Virus record (IMG/VR): IMGVR_UViG_3300025654_000021
Span: 1-37,023 of that record
Length of the DNA: 37,023 nt
Origin: a virus
Lineage: Duplodnaviria; Caudoviricetes
Strand: one strand, 5' to 3'
Positions 1 to 9,867 of the stretch are shown here, in pieces. Numbering within the stretch: position 1 is the stretch's first letter; every line of letters starts with the position of its first letter. Under the pieces are notes generated by a model. It searched no databases, was not told where the DNA came from, and worked only from the letters and a program-made list of their open reading frames with translations. The translations under genes were made by a program, and so were the position numbers.

Positions 1-2
1 AA

Positions 3-284
3 GCTAAAACAGACTTACTTAATTTTACGGGTACAGATATTAAAGCAACCTTAGACGGTGAAGAAGTTGTTACAGATACAGCGAGTAGAGATGCAAGTAA
101 AGCTGATGTAAGCGGTTTAAGTACATTTGACCCAAGTACGCAAGATGTAAACACTAATAATTTAAGTAGGGAAGCAAGCAAAGCAGACACTACAGACTTA
201 GCGACTAAAGATAATCAAGAAATAATAAATAACGGTGTAAAAAAATCTAGTTTAATAATACCACATAATGAGGACACTCAATAA
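3..284 (+). CDS. 3' end of a hypothetical virion-region protein (5' truncated by window edge)
   Basis: Open frame from nt 3 to TAA at 282-284 (AKTDLLNFTG...KKSSLIIPHNEDTQ*); internal repeat SRDASKAD/SREASKAD; not in ORF track. Confidence 0.75.
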   Translation, partial: AKTDLLNFTGTDIKATLDGEEVVTDTASRDASKADVSGLSTFDPSTQDVNTNNLSREASKADTTDLATKDNQEIINNGVKKSSLIIPHNEDTQ

Positions 285-328
285 TATAGATAAAATTTAT
301 ACAATATTGTCGTTTAATAAATTTTACT

Positions 329-336
329 TATCTTTA
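329..336 (+). promoter_or_regulatory. Putative -7 promoter element, TAnnTTTA variant (TATCTTTA), upstream of head genes
   Basis: One mismatch to Bacteroidota TAnnTTTG consensus; intergenic, 30 nt before protease ATG. Confidence 0.4.
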
Positions 337-367
337 CAAATGTGATTACACCTATATAAAATTAAAT

Positions 368-1042
368 ATGGATTTTAAACAAATATCATTAGATTTGAAA
401 GACCTAGACGATTCTCAGGGAATTGTTACTGCTTACGCTAACGCTTACGATTTTAAAGATAGCGATGGTGATATTTCGGCAAGAGGTAGTTTTAATAAAA
501 CAGTATCAGAGAACTTTAAGAGGATTAGAGTTTTAAAGGATCACAACCCTAGAGAAATGGTCGGTGTGCCTTTGAATATAGACCCTAATGACTCTTATGG
601 ATTGCTTACAACTACCAAGTTCAATATGAATAAGCCTTTAGGGAAGGATATGTTCACAGATGTTAAACTAATGCATGAATCTGGCTTAAACGCTGAGTTA
701 AGTATTGGTTATCAAGTATTAGGTAGAGATAGTAAAAACAAATCAATAATTAACGAGTATAAGTTAATGGAATACTCTTTTTTATCTAGTTGGGGTGCTA
801 ATGAATTAAGCACTGTACAAGGTATTAAGGGGATTAAATCTCATTACGGAATAATGGAGTTGATAGAGAAATCTTATAACTTAGATTATTCAGACGATAG
901 ATTAAGACAAATAGAATCAATGCTAAAAGCACTTTCAGACAAAGAGCCGTCAGACACTGACACTTCTAATGATGAGCCGCTAACAGAAGAGCAAAAGAAT
1001 ATAAATATTATTAACGAATTTAGAAAAACACTAAGAAAATGA
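368..1042 (+). CDS. HK97-type prohead maturation protease
   Basis: AYANAYDFKDSDGDI..GSF, catalytic-like LKDH and ELSIGY, EYSFLSSWGAN; directly upstream of capsid gene. Confidence 0.9.
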   Translation: MDFKQISLDLKDLDDSQGIVTAYANAYDFKDSDGDISARGSFNKTVSENFKRIRVLKDHNPREMVGVPLNIDPNDSYGLLTTTKFNMNKPLGKDMFTDVKLMHESGLNAELSIGYQVLGRDSKNKSIINEYKLMEYSFLSSWGANELSTVQGIKGIKSHYGIMELIEKSYNLDYSDDRLRQIESMLKALSDKEPSDTDTSNDEPLTEEQKNINIINEFRKTLRK

Positions 1043-2244
1043 GTTTAGATGCAGAATTAAAACAAATGAGTTCTGATTTAGAAGGTAAATCAAAAGAACA
1101 AATAAAAGAGGCTCTAGTAGAGTTCGGAGCAAAGAACCAAGAGGCTATCCAAAAGTCTATTAACGATGCTGCTCAGGCATTTGAGGCTAAATTAAAATTA
1201 AGTCAAGACCATATCGACGCTTTAGATATTAAATTACAAGCTAAGACAAAAGGAGAAACTGTTAAGACTACAGCGATGGAGCTTAAAGAACACTCTGTAG
1301 AGCTTAAAGCAATGTCTACTAAGAATAGCAATAAAGAGATTTCTGTAAAAGCTGATACAGTTAGGTCTACTATTAATGGAAATCAACAAGCTAGAGAGCT
1401 TGATTCTATTGGTCAATTGGCTACTAGAAAACTTACAATGTATGACGCTTTTGTAAAGATTCCTGTTTCTGAGTCTAACAACAACGGGGTTATTAGATAT
1501 TACGATTGGGATGAATCTACTATCAATAGAGCTGCTGCTATGGTTGCAGAAGGTGGTTCTTTTCCAGAGTCTACTGCTGCATGGGTAACAGAAACTATTT
1601 CATTAAAGAAAATTGGAGATACATTACCTGTGTCTGAAGAGTTTTTTGAAGATGAGGCTATGTTTGCTGCTGAGTTAGGGCAATTCCTTAACACAAACGT
1701 TAACTTAATCGTAGATGATCAAATTGCAAACGGTCCAGGAACAGGGAACAACCTAAAAGGGTTAATGAACTCTATCCCTACATATACGGCTTCTGCTAGT
1801 GGTATTCAAGACGCATCTATTTACGATTTATTCCCAAAAGTAAAAGAAGCTATAACAACTACAGGAGGTTCTAAGTATATGCCTAATATAGCTTTTATGA
1901 ATATCGCAGACATCAACAAATATAAGTTGAAGAAAGATGCTAATAACAACTATGTAATGCCTCCATTTGTATCAAGAGACGGAGAGGTTATTGATGGTGT
2001 AACTGTTATTGAATCTAATGTTATCACTGCTGATACAATGGCTTTAGGAGATAATAGATTTGGACGTATTTACGAAAAGCCAGGAGTAGTATTATCACAA
2101 GGTGAGATTAACGCACAGTTTACATCTGACATGACTACATTGAAAGCTAGACGTAGATTGTTATTCTTAATCAGAGGTGCTGACGCTCCAGGATGGAGAA
2201 AAGTTGACGGTATTGCTGCTGCATTAATAACTTTAGCGAGCTAA
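1039..2244 (+). CDS. HK97-fold major capsid protein
   Basis: 401 aa, N-terminal coiled-coil delta domain, AAMVAEGGSFPES, DDQIANGPGTGNNLKGL, LKKDANNNYV motifs. Confidence 0.93.
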   Translation: MSLDAELKQMSSDLEGKSKEQIKEALVEFGAKNQEAIQKSINDAAQAFEAKLKLSQDHIDALDIKLQAKTKGETVKTTAMELKEHSVELKAMSTKNSNKEISVKADTVRSTINGNQQARELDSIGQLATRKLTMYDAFVKIPVSESNNNGVIRYYDWDESTINRAAAMVAEGGSFPESTAAWVTETISLKKIGDTLPVSEEFFEDEAMFAAELGQFLNTNVNLIVDDQIANGPGTGNNLKGLMNSIPTYTASASGIQDASIYDLFPKVKEAITTTGGSKYMPNIAFMNIADINKYKLKKDANNNYVMPPFVSRDGEVIDGVTVIESNVITADTMALGDNRFGRIYEKPGVVLSQGEINAQFTSDMTTLKARRRLLFLIRGADAPGWRKVDGIAAALITLAS

Positions 2245-2245
2245 T

Positions 2246-2389
2246 ATGATAGAGATAGAATTTACTAAATCTTTTGCTAACAAGGAAAAAGGTGATAAGA
2301 TATTTATAGACTCGATGATAGCATCTACGTTAATAAACAAACACAAAGTAGCTAAGAGAGTTAAGAAAAGTAAAAAAGACTCTAAATAA
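2246..2389 (+). CDS. Small basic hypothetical protein following capsid (47 aa)
   Basis: ATG 2246, MIEIEFTKSFANKEKGDKI...KKDSK*; below ORF-track cutoff; followed by terminator. Confidence 0.7.
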   Translation: MIEIEFTKSFANKEKGDKIFIDSMIASTLINKHKVAKRVKKSKKDSK

Positions 2390-2397
2390 TAATAACT

Positions 2398-2426
2398 AGC
2401 CTGTCTTTAATTAGGCAGGCTTTTTT
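2398..2426 (+). terminator. Rho-independent terminator
   Basis: agcctgtct-ttaatt-aggcaggct stem-loop followed by T run. Confidence 0.8.
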
Positions 2427-2437
2427 AATATAAATAG

Positions 2438-2929
2438 ATGGCATATACGGATATAATATCACTAAACGACGCTAAAACCTATTTAAGGGTAGACGATACT
2501 TTAACAGAGGACGACCAATTTATAACTAGAACTATAAACGCTTCATTTAGTTGGATCGAGAAGAGAACAAATCAAATAGTTTCAGCAAGAGAAAAAGAAT
2601 ATGTTTTAATTAATGGCTACACTAGAATATATGACAGCCCAATTAACACAGACTTATCTACTTTAACTGATTACGAATTTACAAATAAGGGTTTGTATTA
2701 TACGGTATGCGCCAACAGTTTAGACGTGGAAAATGAATTTACTTTAAATATTGGGGAGAGTTTCGCTGATAATGTAGATTTTGAACTTATCAACGTGGCT
2801 TATGAAATAATTGAGTACTATTATAACCAAGCTAAAAAGAAACAAGAGGTTAAAGGCATGACTGTTTCTGATTACCTTAGTGAAATGTCAAAAGAGTATA
2901 TAAACATTAATAGACGCTTTATAATATGA
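2438..2929 (+). CDS. Head-tail connector/adaptor (HK97 gp6-like)
   Basis: ISLNDAKTYLRVD...EDDQFITRTINAS..WIEKRTN signature and position. Confidence 0.85.
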   Translation: MAYTDIISLNDAKTYLRVDDTLTEDDQFITRTINASFSWIEKRTNQIVSAREKEYVLINGYTRIYDSPINTDLSTLTDYEFTNKGLYYTVCANSLDVENEFTLNIGESFADNVDFELINVAYEIIEYYYNQAKKKQEVKGMTVSDYLSEMSKEYININRRFII

Positions 2930-3399
2930 GAGCTAGACAACTTAACAGAAAAATAGAGATATGGCAAGCTAGAAGGGTTAAAGATGGTTCTGGTGGGTCT
3001 ACAACCTACAATGAACTAATAACTTCGTCTTGGGCAGCCGTTAGAACACACAAAGACACCCGTAGAGATACTGAGGTAGGTGTTAGTGATTATTCTGAAA
3101 AGTTGGATATTACGATGCGTTATAGAAACGATATACAATATAATTCTGTTAATCAGTTCTTAATGTATAGAGGGGTAAAATATACTTTTACTATGAGTCC
3201 AATGAATATGGATTTTAACGAGTCTTTTATTGTGCTAACAGCATCAAGAGAAAAAACTAAATCGGTTGAGGTATTAGAGCCTATAAATCCAGACGCTAAC
3301 ACTATATTTATTAATTACAAAAATAGAGTTATAGGGGATGGCGGTACGTTTGAGGCTGATGATTGCGTGTTAACGTACATAGAAAACAATATAGCATGA
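2926..3399 (+). CDS. Head closure/stopper (SPP1 gp16-like) with C-terminal extension
   Basis: LNRKIEIWQ...DGSGG....WAAV...ITMRYR motif; synteny. Confidence 0.8.
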   Translation: MRARQLNRKIEIWQARRVKDGSGGSTTYNELITSSWAAVRTHKDTRRDTEVGVSDYSEKLDITMRYRNDIQYNSVNQFLMYRGVKYTFTMSPMNMDFNESFIVLTASREKTKSVEVLEPINPDANTIFINYKNRVIGDGGTFEADDCVLTYIENNIA

Positions 3400-3833
3400 A
3401 ACTAAACGCAAATGTTGTAGGTGTTAAGGCTTTAGAAAAGAAGTTTAAAAAGTTTGGTATTGAGGGACAAAAACAATTTGAGGATATAACAAAGATTCAA
3501 GCTTTAGAGATTCAAGCAGACGCTAAAAGGCAAGCTCCCGTAGATTTAGGTAAGTTAAGACAAGGAATAGTCACAGAAGAAGTAAATAAAACAACTTACA
3601 TAATTGCAGCTTTAGAGAAGTATTCGGCTTTTATGGAGTTTGGTACAGGTATGCTAACATCGATACCTAAGGGTTGGGAAGAGATAGCTATATTATTCAA
3701 GGGTAAAGGAGTGAGACAAGTAAACCTACCAGCTCAACCGTTTTTATATCCTGCATTTATGAAGGGTAGCGATCAATATATAAAAGACTTAAACACAGCG
3801 TTGAAACGTTTAACAGATAAATTTAATAAGTAA
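3396..3833 (+). CDS. HK97 gp10-like neck/tail-completion protein (start reassigned to ATG 3396)
   Basis: AKRQAPVDLGKLRQGI, YSAFMEFGTG, PAQPFLYPAF motifs; ATGA overlap with previous gene. Confidence 0.85.
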   Translation: MKLNANVVGVKALEKKFKKFGIEGQKQFEDITKIQALEIQADAKRQAPVDLGKLRQGIVTEEVNKTTYIIAALEKYSAFMEFGTGMLTSIPKGWEEIAILFKGKGVRQVNLPAQPFLYPAFMKGSDQYIKDLNTALKRLTDKFNK

Positions 3834-4267
3834 TGGATAAGAATTTACCTAATAAATGGGTTAGGAAAGCTGTTTACGATGCTATAGATGGGATTGTAGT
3901 AGATGGTTACGCTATAGAGTGTTTTGACACTTATGTATCGGGTGCTAATCAACCTGACCACTATACAATACTAAGCACACAAACAAGCTCAGTAGATAAG
4001 AATAATAAGTGCGAATGGTTTTGGGATAGCTCAATTACAATAGAGGCGGTTACTTATTATCCAAGACCAGGAAACCCAGGAAGTAAACTGCTTGCAAACA
4101 ATATTATTGATGAGATTAGGTTTCAAACTAATGACTTGGTGTTAGATGCAGCGAGTGATTTAGAGATATTTGTACAAACGCAAGACTTCCCTAACGGGCT
4201 AACTATTTCTACGGATCACGAAAACATTTTTAGAGAGTTTATCACAATAAATTTTAGAATTAAATAG
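3833..4267 (+). CDS. Tail terminator protein (putative)
   Basis: Size and position between gp10-like gene and tail tube. Confidence 0.65.
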   Translation: MDKNLPNKWVRKAVYDAIDGIVVDGYAIECFDTYVSGANQPDHYTILSTQTSSVDKNNKCEWFWDSSITIEAVTYYPRPGNPGSKLLANNIIDEIRFQTNDLVLDAASDLEIFVQTQDFPNGLTISTDHENIFREFITINFRIK

Positions 4268-4348
4268 ATAGAATTTAGAATAACTAATATGTTATAAATT
4301 TTGCTTATATTTACATTAAATATTTTTTTAACTTAAAACACAATAAAT

Positions 4349-4792
4349 ATGTCTTTCATTAAAGGAGATGCTATTATTTTGTACATATGGGATAATGTTT
4401 CAGCCTATAAGCCTGTTGCGTGCCTTACGTCAAATAGTTTAGCACAAACAAGAAACATTATTGAATCACAAACAAAGTGCAATCCTGGAGTTGTCATTAA
4501 GGATGCAGGTTCTTTAACTTATGAGATTACATTTGAGGGTAACTACATTGACACAACGTCAGCAGGAAGTACCGATACGGACAAGGTATCACATGACGCT
4601 TTAAAGATTCTTTTAGAAACAGGAGCGGCTGAGACTTGGAAAATGGATACGGGATTAGCAGATACTACTGCTTATTACGGGACGGGTATTTTCTCTGACT
4701 TAACTTTAGATGCAGCAGCAGGAGATGAACTAGCTACTTTTAGCGGTACGTTATCAGGAAGCGGAGCAATCACAACTACAGACCCTAACTAA
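4349..4792 (+). CDS. Major tail tube protein
   Basis: VACLTSNSL...IESQTKC...YEITFEG...ATFSGTLSGSG pattern typical of siphovirus tube proteins. Confidence 0.85.
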   Translation: MSFIKGDAIILYIWDNVSAYKPVACLTSNSLAQTRNIIESQTKCNPGVVIKDAGSLTYEITFEGNYIDTTSAGSTDTDKVSHDALKILLETGAAETWKMDTGLADTTAYYGTGIFSDLTLDAAAGDELATFSGTLSGSGAITTTDPN

Positions 4793-4798
4793 TAATAT

Positions 4799-5167
4799 AT
4801 GAAGAGCATTAAATTAGTTATTGCAAAGAAAGAAATTGAGTTTCATTTTGGGCTTGGTTTTTTGGGAGAGTTGCTAGATAGTTTGGATTTATCTATTGAG
4901 GAATTAATGGGAGGGTTACAAAAAAACCCTTTTAAACTATTGCCGAAGATAATGCACGGAGCAGCTACATACGCATCATTACGAAAGGATGAGGAATTAG
5001 GTTTATCATTATATCAGCTGACCGACCTTATAGATGAAGATGGAGGAATAGTATCTGAAAACGTAAGTAAGTTTTTAGAGGCTTTTACTAAGAGTATGAG
5101 TAAAGATGTTCCTAACGAACCAACAACAAAATCCAAGGGAAAGAAGAGAGCGGTTCTACAAAAATAA
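4799..5167 (+). CDS. Tail assembly chaperone (lambda gpG-like)
   Basis: Between tube and tape measure; ends just after slippery site. Confidence 0.8.
   Translation: MKSIKLVIAKKEIEFHFGLGFLGELLDSLDLSIEELMGGLQKNPFKLLPKIMHGAATYASLRKDEELGLSLYQLTDLIDEDGGIVSENVSKFLEAFTKSMSKDVPNEPTTKSKGKKRAVLQK
5137..5143 (+). other. -1 programmed ribosomal frameshift site G GGA AAG
   Basis: Correctly phased XXXYYYZ heptamer identical to lambda G/T site; -1 frame is open (GKEESGSTKINWSEDVLSF...) into the 5185-5499 ORF. Confidence 0.85.
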
Positions 5168-5499
5168 ATTGGTCTGAGGACGTTTTGTCCTTTTCTTTGG
5201 GAGAGTTGAATTGTCCGTCCTTAGAATATGTTTACGATATGACTTGGGCGGAATTTCGTATAAGACAATTTGCATACAGACGAATGGATAATTATTCATG
5301 GATTAAAGTAAGGGAAATTGCTTATCAAGCTCTAGTAGGATCGCACGCAGACCCAAAAAGACTACCTAAATCTAAAGAAAAGTTTATGCCTTTAGATGAT
5401 AGGAAACAAAAAGAACTAACAGAAAGGCAGTTAGAGGCTATGAGAAACGCCCAAGCTGTTTATCTAAAAGAAATACAAAAAAGGAATGGCAAGCAATGA
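5137..5499 (+). CDS. Tail assembly chaperone frameshift extension (gpGT-like C-terminal part)
   Basis: -1 frame relative to 4799 ORF; GEL..P...YDMTWAEF motif; track start at 5185 is a TTG probably not used. Confidence 0.8.
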   Translation, partial: GKEESGSTKINWSEDVLSFSLGELNCPSLEYVYDMTWAEFRIRQFAYRRMDNYSWIKVREIAYQALVGSHADPKRLPKSKEKFMPLDDRKQKELTERQLEAMRNAQAVYLKEIQKRNGKQ

Positions 5500-7600
5500 G
5501 TTAAACGTAAAAATAGGTGCTGATATAGATAACCTAATCGTAGAACTTAACAAGGCTAAAAAAGAGCTTGGTTCATTCTCTAATGATGTAGATTCTTTTA
5601 GTAAAAAACTACAAAGAACAGGCGAGAAAATGAAGTCTATAGGTAGTGCTATGTCTAAATACATAACATTACCTTTACTTGCTTTAGGTGGTGCTGCTTT
5701 AAAAACGGCAGGAGACTTTGAGAAATTAGAAACCTCTTTAAGAACTTCTTTTAACGGTAATGCAGAGGCGGCAAGAAAAGCCTTTAAAGTTATTACTGAT
5801 TTTGCAGCAAAAACACCGTTCCAGGTTGAGCAGGTTGCAGATGCTTTTATAAAACTTAAAAACTTAGGATTAGACCCAAGCGAAAAAGCGTTGACTGCTT
5901 ACGGTAATACTGCGTCTGCTATGGGTAAATCACTTAATCAAATGATTGAGGCGGTTGCTGATGCGAGTACGGGAGAGTTTGAGCGTTTAAAAGAGTTTGG
6001 TATTCGTGCAAGTAAGCAAGGCGATCAGGTTTCGTTTACTTTTAAAGGCGTTACCAAAACAGTTAAAATGGAGTCAGCGGCTATTGAGGGGTACTTGATG
6101 AATATCGGTCAAACTGATTTCGCAGGTGGTATGGAGGCACAAAGTAAAACCTTTTTAGGGCGTTTATCTACCTTAAAAGATAGTGTTTCTTTATTACTTA
6201 AAGACTTTGGAGATATAATGATGCAGTATGTAAATCCTGTTATTGATACTATATCTGATTTAGTTAGAAAATTCGGTGCATTATCACCACAAACAAAGAA
6301 AATAATAGTAGTAGTTACTGCTTTTGTGGCTGCTTTAGGTCCTTTACTTATAGGGTTAGGGTTTTTATCTACAACTATACTACCTGCATTGATTGCAGGG
6401 TTTGGAGTGTTGTTGTCACCTATTACTTTGGTTGTTGCTGCTATCATAGCTTTAGCGGCTGTTGTTTACAAGAACTTTGATAGTGTAATAAATAAAGTAT
6501 CTGAGTTTTATAATTCTTTTGTAGACGTATATAACCAAAGCGTATTATTAAGGGGTATTATAGCAAGCGTAGCAGCAACGTTTAAAATACTTTGGATTAA
6601 CGCAAAGTTAGCCATGGACAACGCTTGGGCTGTAATAAAAGGATTTGGTAAAAACGTTGTAGAGTTGTTTAGCAATATAGTAACTATTATAGCAGGTGCG
6701 TTAACCTTTGATTTAGATAAAATAAAAAAAGGTATTAGCGGTGTTAAGAGTGTAATATCTAAAGGTTTTTCTGAGATATCAGAAGAGATAAAAGGCAACA
6801 TAACTAAAGCAGGAAACGATGTAGCGGTTGTGTTAGGCGAGGCTATAGATTCAACTATAAGCGGACATTTAGAACACAAAACACCCGAACAAATAAAAGA
6901 AAGTTTGTCTAACATGGCAAACAACGTAGGAGAGTTTGCTAAAGGAATAGGTGAAAAAATAGCCAATTCTTTAGGGTTAGGATTTTCGGGAGGTGAGGAA
7001 AGCGGCGGAGATACAAGTATAGGTCTTAGTAATGTTGTTTCTACAGAATCAGATAAAGTTGTAGAAGAGTTAAGTAATCTTAACAACCAAGCGAACGACA
7101 TAATTAGCAACGGAATAGCAGGAACATTTGATGGGTTAGTAGACGCAATAGGAGGTTCTTTATCTAATGGTGGTAATGTTTTAAAGTCAACAGGAGCTGT
7201 TTTATTAAGCTCTTTAGGTAGTATTGTTTCTCAATTAGGTAGAATGGCAATAGGTATAGGTATAGGTATAAAGGCAATTAAAGCGTCTTTGTCAACTCTT
7301 AATCCATTAGCCGCTATCGGTGCGGGTGTTGCTTTATTAGCGTTAGGTTCTGCTTTCTCTGCGGGTGCTAAAAAACTAGGTTCTTCTGGAGGTGGAGGAG
7401 GTTCTGATGTAAGTATTCCTGCAAGTTCGGGTAGTACTGGTCAATCTTCGTTTAGTGGAAGTAGCCAATCATCATTTAGCGGTAACTCTAATAGTTTACA
7501 AAACGTTGTTTTTGAGATTCAAGGGACAAAGTTAGTAGGTGTATTGAGTAATACATTAAATAGAAATAGAAGTTTAAACGGTACTTTATCAATTAACTAG
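5486..7600 (+). CDS. Tape measure protein
   Basis: 704 aa Ala/Gly-rich helical; FAAKTPFQVEQV tape-measure N-domain; central hydrophobic stretch. Confidence 0.92.
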   Translation: MASNELNVKIGADIDNLIVELNKAKKELGSFSNDVDSFSKKLQRTGEKMKSIGSAMSKYITLPLLALGGAALKTAGDFEKLETSLRTSFNGNAEAARKAFKVITDFAAKTPFQVEQVADAFIKLKNLGLDPSEKALTAYGNTASAMGKSLNQMIEAVADASTGEFERLKEFGIRASKQGDQVSFTFKGVTKTVKMESAAIEGYLMNIGQTDFAGGMEAQSKTFLGRLSTLKDSVSLLLKDFGDIMMQYVNPVIDTISDLVRKFGALSPQTKKIIVVVTAFVAALGPLLIGLGFLSTTILPALIAGFGVLLSPITLVVAAIIALAAVVYKNFDSVINKVSEFYNSFVDVYNQSVLLRGIIASVAATFKILWINAKLAMDNAWAVIKGFGKNVVELFSNIVTIIAGALTFDLDKIKKGISGVKSVISKGFSEISEEIKGNITKAGNDVAVVLGEAIDSTISGHLEHKTPEQIKESLSNMANNVGEFAKGIGEKIANSLGLGFSGGEESGGDTSIGLSNVVSTESDKVVEELSNLNNQANDIISNGIAGTFDGLVDAIGGSLSNGGNVLKSTGAVLLSSLGSIVSQLGRMAIGIGIGIKAIKASLSTLNPLAAIGAGVALLALGSAFSAGAKKLGSSGGGGGSDVSIPASSGSTGQSSFSGSSQSSFSGNSNSLQNVVFEIQGTKLVGVLSNTLNRNRSLNGTLSIN

Positions 7601-7601
7601 G

Positions 7602-9818
7602 ATGGCAAACAGTTTTTATACAATACAACTAACAAGCAATAATCTAGCAGGTAACTTTTTAAAGGTTCAAGTAGATCCTATAGGTAATACAGATAAATGG
7701 AGTACTACTACTTTTGTGAATGGTGCTACGTCTAATTACTATCAATGTGAGATAGGTACAGATATTGAGCAAACTATTATAAACTTAAAAGACCAATTAG
7801 ATTATTATTACACAGGTGCTGGATATACTAACCAACCATACAACACTACTATAATAGCGACAGACACTTTAAAAGTAGAACTAATAGAACCTTATCTTGA
7901 TTTTGAGGTTTTTTTGTTTAGTGGACTAGAAGACAACGCTATATTAGCAATAGAAAATGTTCCTAACATAAAATACTATATAGAATATAATGATAGTGTA
8001 AACATTTTACATAGATTTGAGTTATATGACTCTAATTATTTTGAATCTCCTTCAGAGGTTCAAGGCTACGTTACTATGGATTACGGGCAAGTAGACGAAA
8101 ACCTAGAGGCTATTAGAGGGCAAGGATTAAGAGTAAACTTAGAGGCTGATGCATCTTTAACTTTCGAAGAATTATTTGAGGAAAACGAAAAAACTTTTAA
8201 ATGTATTTATTACAGAAATAACGTTATTTTATTTCAAGGGTGGCTAAACCCCGAAGGATTTTTTGAAGATTACGTAAATGACAAATGGATTGTGTCTTTT
8301 GATTGTATTGATGGACTTGGTTATCTTAAAAACTTAGCTTTTGTAAATGATGACGGAACTAATATAACAGGTGTAAAATCACAATTAGAAATACTTTCTT
8401 TAGCGTTACGCAGAACAGGGATCGAAGTAAATATAAACGTAGATATTGATGTGTTTTATACAGGATTAGCAGATACAAATTCTATTTTAGAAAACGTAAA
8501 AGCAAATACAAGGCGATACATAAAAGACGATGAGGTTACTGTAATGAATTGTGAAGAAGTTATTAGGGATATATTAGAGCCTTACGGGGCAGTTTTAACG
8601 TCTTACAATGGACGTTGGGCAATCTATAAACCAAATCAATTAGTAAGCAATCAAACGGCTACTTTCTTTAGATACGACTATTTAGGGGTTGCGTTATCTC
8701 CAACGACTATAACTTACGATTTTGATTTTACAATAGGTAGCCAAGTAGACGGGTACGACCCTCATTACTGTAACGGAAACCAACAATTTACAAATCAGCC
8801 TAGTTTTGGGGCTTATAGGATTAGTTATAAATATGGTGTTTTACGCTCTTTAATAGATAACAACAGTCTTTTAAGTAATGGAACTGGATATGATGACTTT
8901 GTAATAACAGACCTTTTAGAGATAGTGATTAAACCTGCTGGAGAATATGGATTTGGGTTAAATGTTTTAGGGCCTGGATTTAAGAACTCAGTTATAAACA
9001 CACTTAACTACATAGTACCAAGTGGGTCTAGTTTTAAATTAAGCCTTGCTTATTCTTTTAGTAATGTATCTAGTTCTGATTTAAATAGAAATAAATTTGT
9101 AGTAAGAGTAGACGACGATAATACTTCTAATTACTACACTTTAAACACAAACGGCTCATGGAAGTTAAACGGTAGTTTTTCTACTATAAAAACTGATTAT
9201 TCAGAGGGTGATACACTAAGTAGTTATGATTTAGATGTTAATAACGTGCCCGTTAAAGGCACTATGCAAATTAGGTTTTACAATCCAGAGGACGATCCTT
9301 CAACGGTAAATAGTGGTATTTGTGATTTCACAAACATATCCATAACTAGTTTAGATGTTGGAGACGAAGAAGGCGAGACATGGACTTTTGAAAGAACAAA
9401 CAATCCGTCATCAAGAATAGAAAAAACCAGAGAGGTTTTTACTGGAGATTCAGAGTTTAATACATACGAGGGTACTTTATACAAATCAGACGGAATAACA
9501 CCCACAGAAACATGGTATCGAAAAGGAATAACGGAAGCCGTGCCAGTTCTCGAATTAATGGGTTCGGAAGCCATGCGAATGAACGCAAACACAATGAGAA
9601 TATTTAATGGTGATGTTTTTGGTTATTTTAATTATTTGAGTGTTATTACTATTGATGGAAGGACTGGTAAGTTTGGAGTTACTAAATATAGCTACGACAC
9701 AAAGAGTAATATTATATCTGCTGAGTTTAAGCAAATGTTTGGCGATGAGCTAACGGATTTAGACGTAGAGAAACGGTTAGACTATGGTAATGTAGTAGAG
9801 CCAACTATTAGAGGATAA
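7602..9818 (+). CDS. Tail tip/baseplate hub protein (putative)
   Basis: 738 aa directly after TMP; LFQGWLNPE...FDCIDGLGYLK motif. Confidence 0.65.
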   Translation: MANSFYTIQLTSNNLAGNFLKVQVDPIGNTDKWSTTTFVNGATSNYYQCEIGTDIEQTIINLKDQLDYYYTGAGYTNQPYNTTIIATDTLKVELIEPYLDFEVFLFSGLEDNAILAIENVPNIKYYIEYNDSVNILHRFELYDSNYFESPSEVQGYVTMDYGQVDENLEAIRGQGLRVNLEADASLTFEELFEENEKTFKCIYYRNNVILFQGWLNPEGFFEDYVNDKWIVSFDCIDGLGYLKNLAFVNDDGTNITGVKSQLEILSLALRRTGIEVNINVDIDVFYTGLADTNSILENVKANTRRYIKDDEVTVMNCEEVIRDILEPYGAVLTSYNGRWAIYKPNQLVSNQTATFFRYDYLGVALSPTTITYDFDFTIGSQVDGYDPHYCNGNQQFTNQPSFGAYRISYKYGVLRSLIDNNSLLSNGTGYDDFVITDLLEIVIKPAGEYGFGLNVLGPGFKNSVINTLNYIVPSGSSFKLSLAYSFSNVSSSDLNRNKFVVRVDDDNTSNYYTLNTNGSWKLNGSFSTIKTDYSEGDTLSSYDLDVNNVPVKGTMQIRFYNPEDDPSTVNSGICDFTNISITSLDVGDEEGETWTFERTNNPSSRIEKTREVFTGDSEFNTYEGTLYKSDGITPTETWYRKGITEAVPVLELMGSEAMRMNANTMRIFNGDVFGYFNYLSVITIDGRTGKFGVTKYSYDTKSNIISAEFKQMFGDELTDLDVEKRLDYGNVVEPTIRG

Positions 9819-9867
9819 ATAAAAACTATAAAATATTATAGTTAAATAGATTTTGTATATTTAAATT

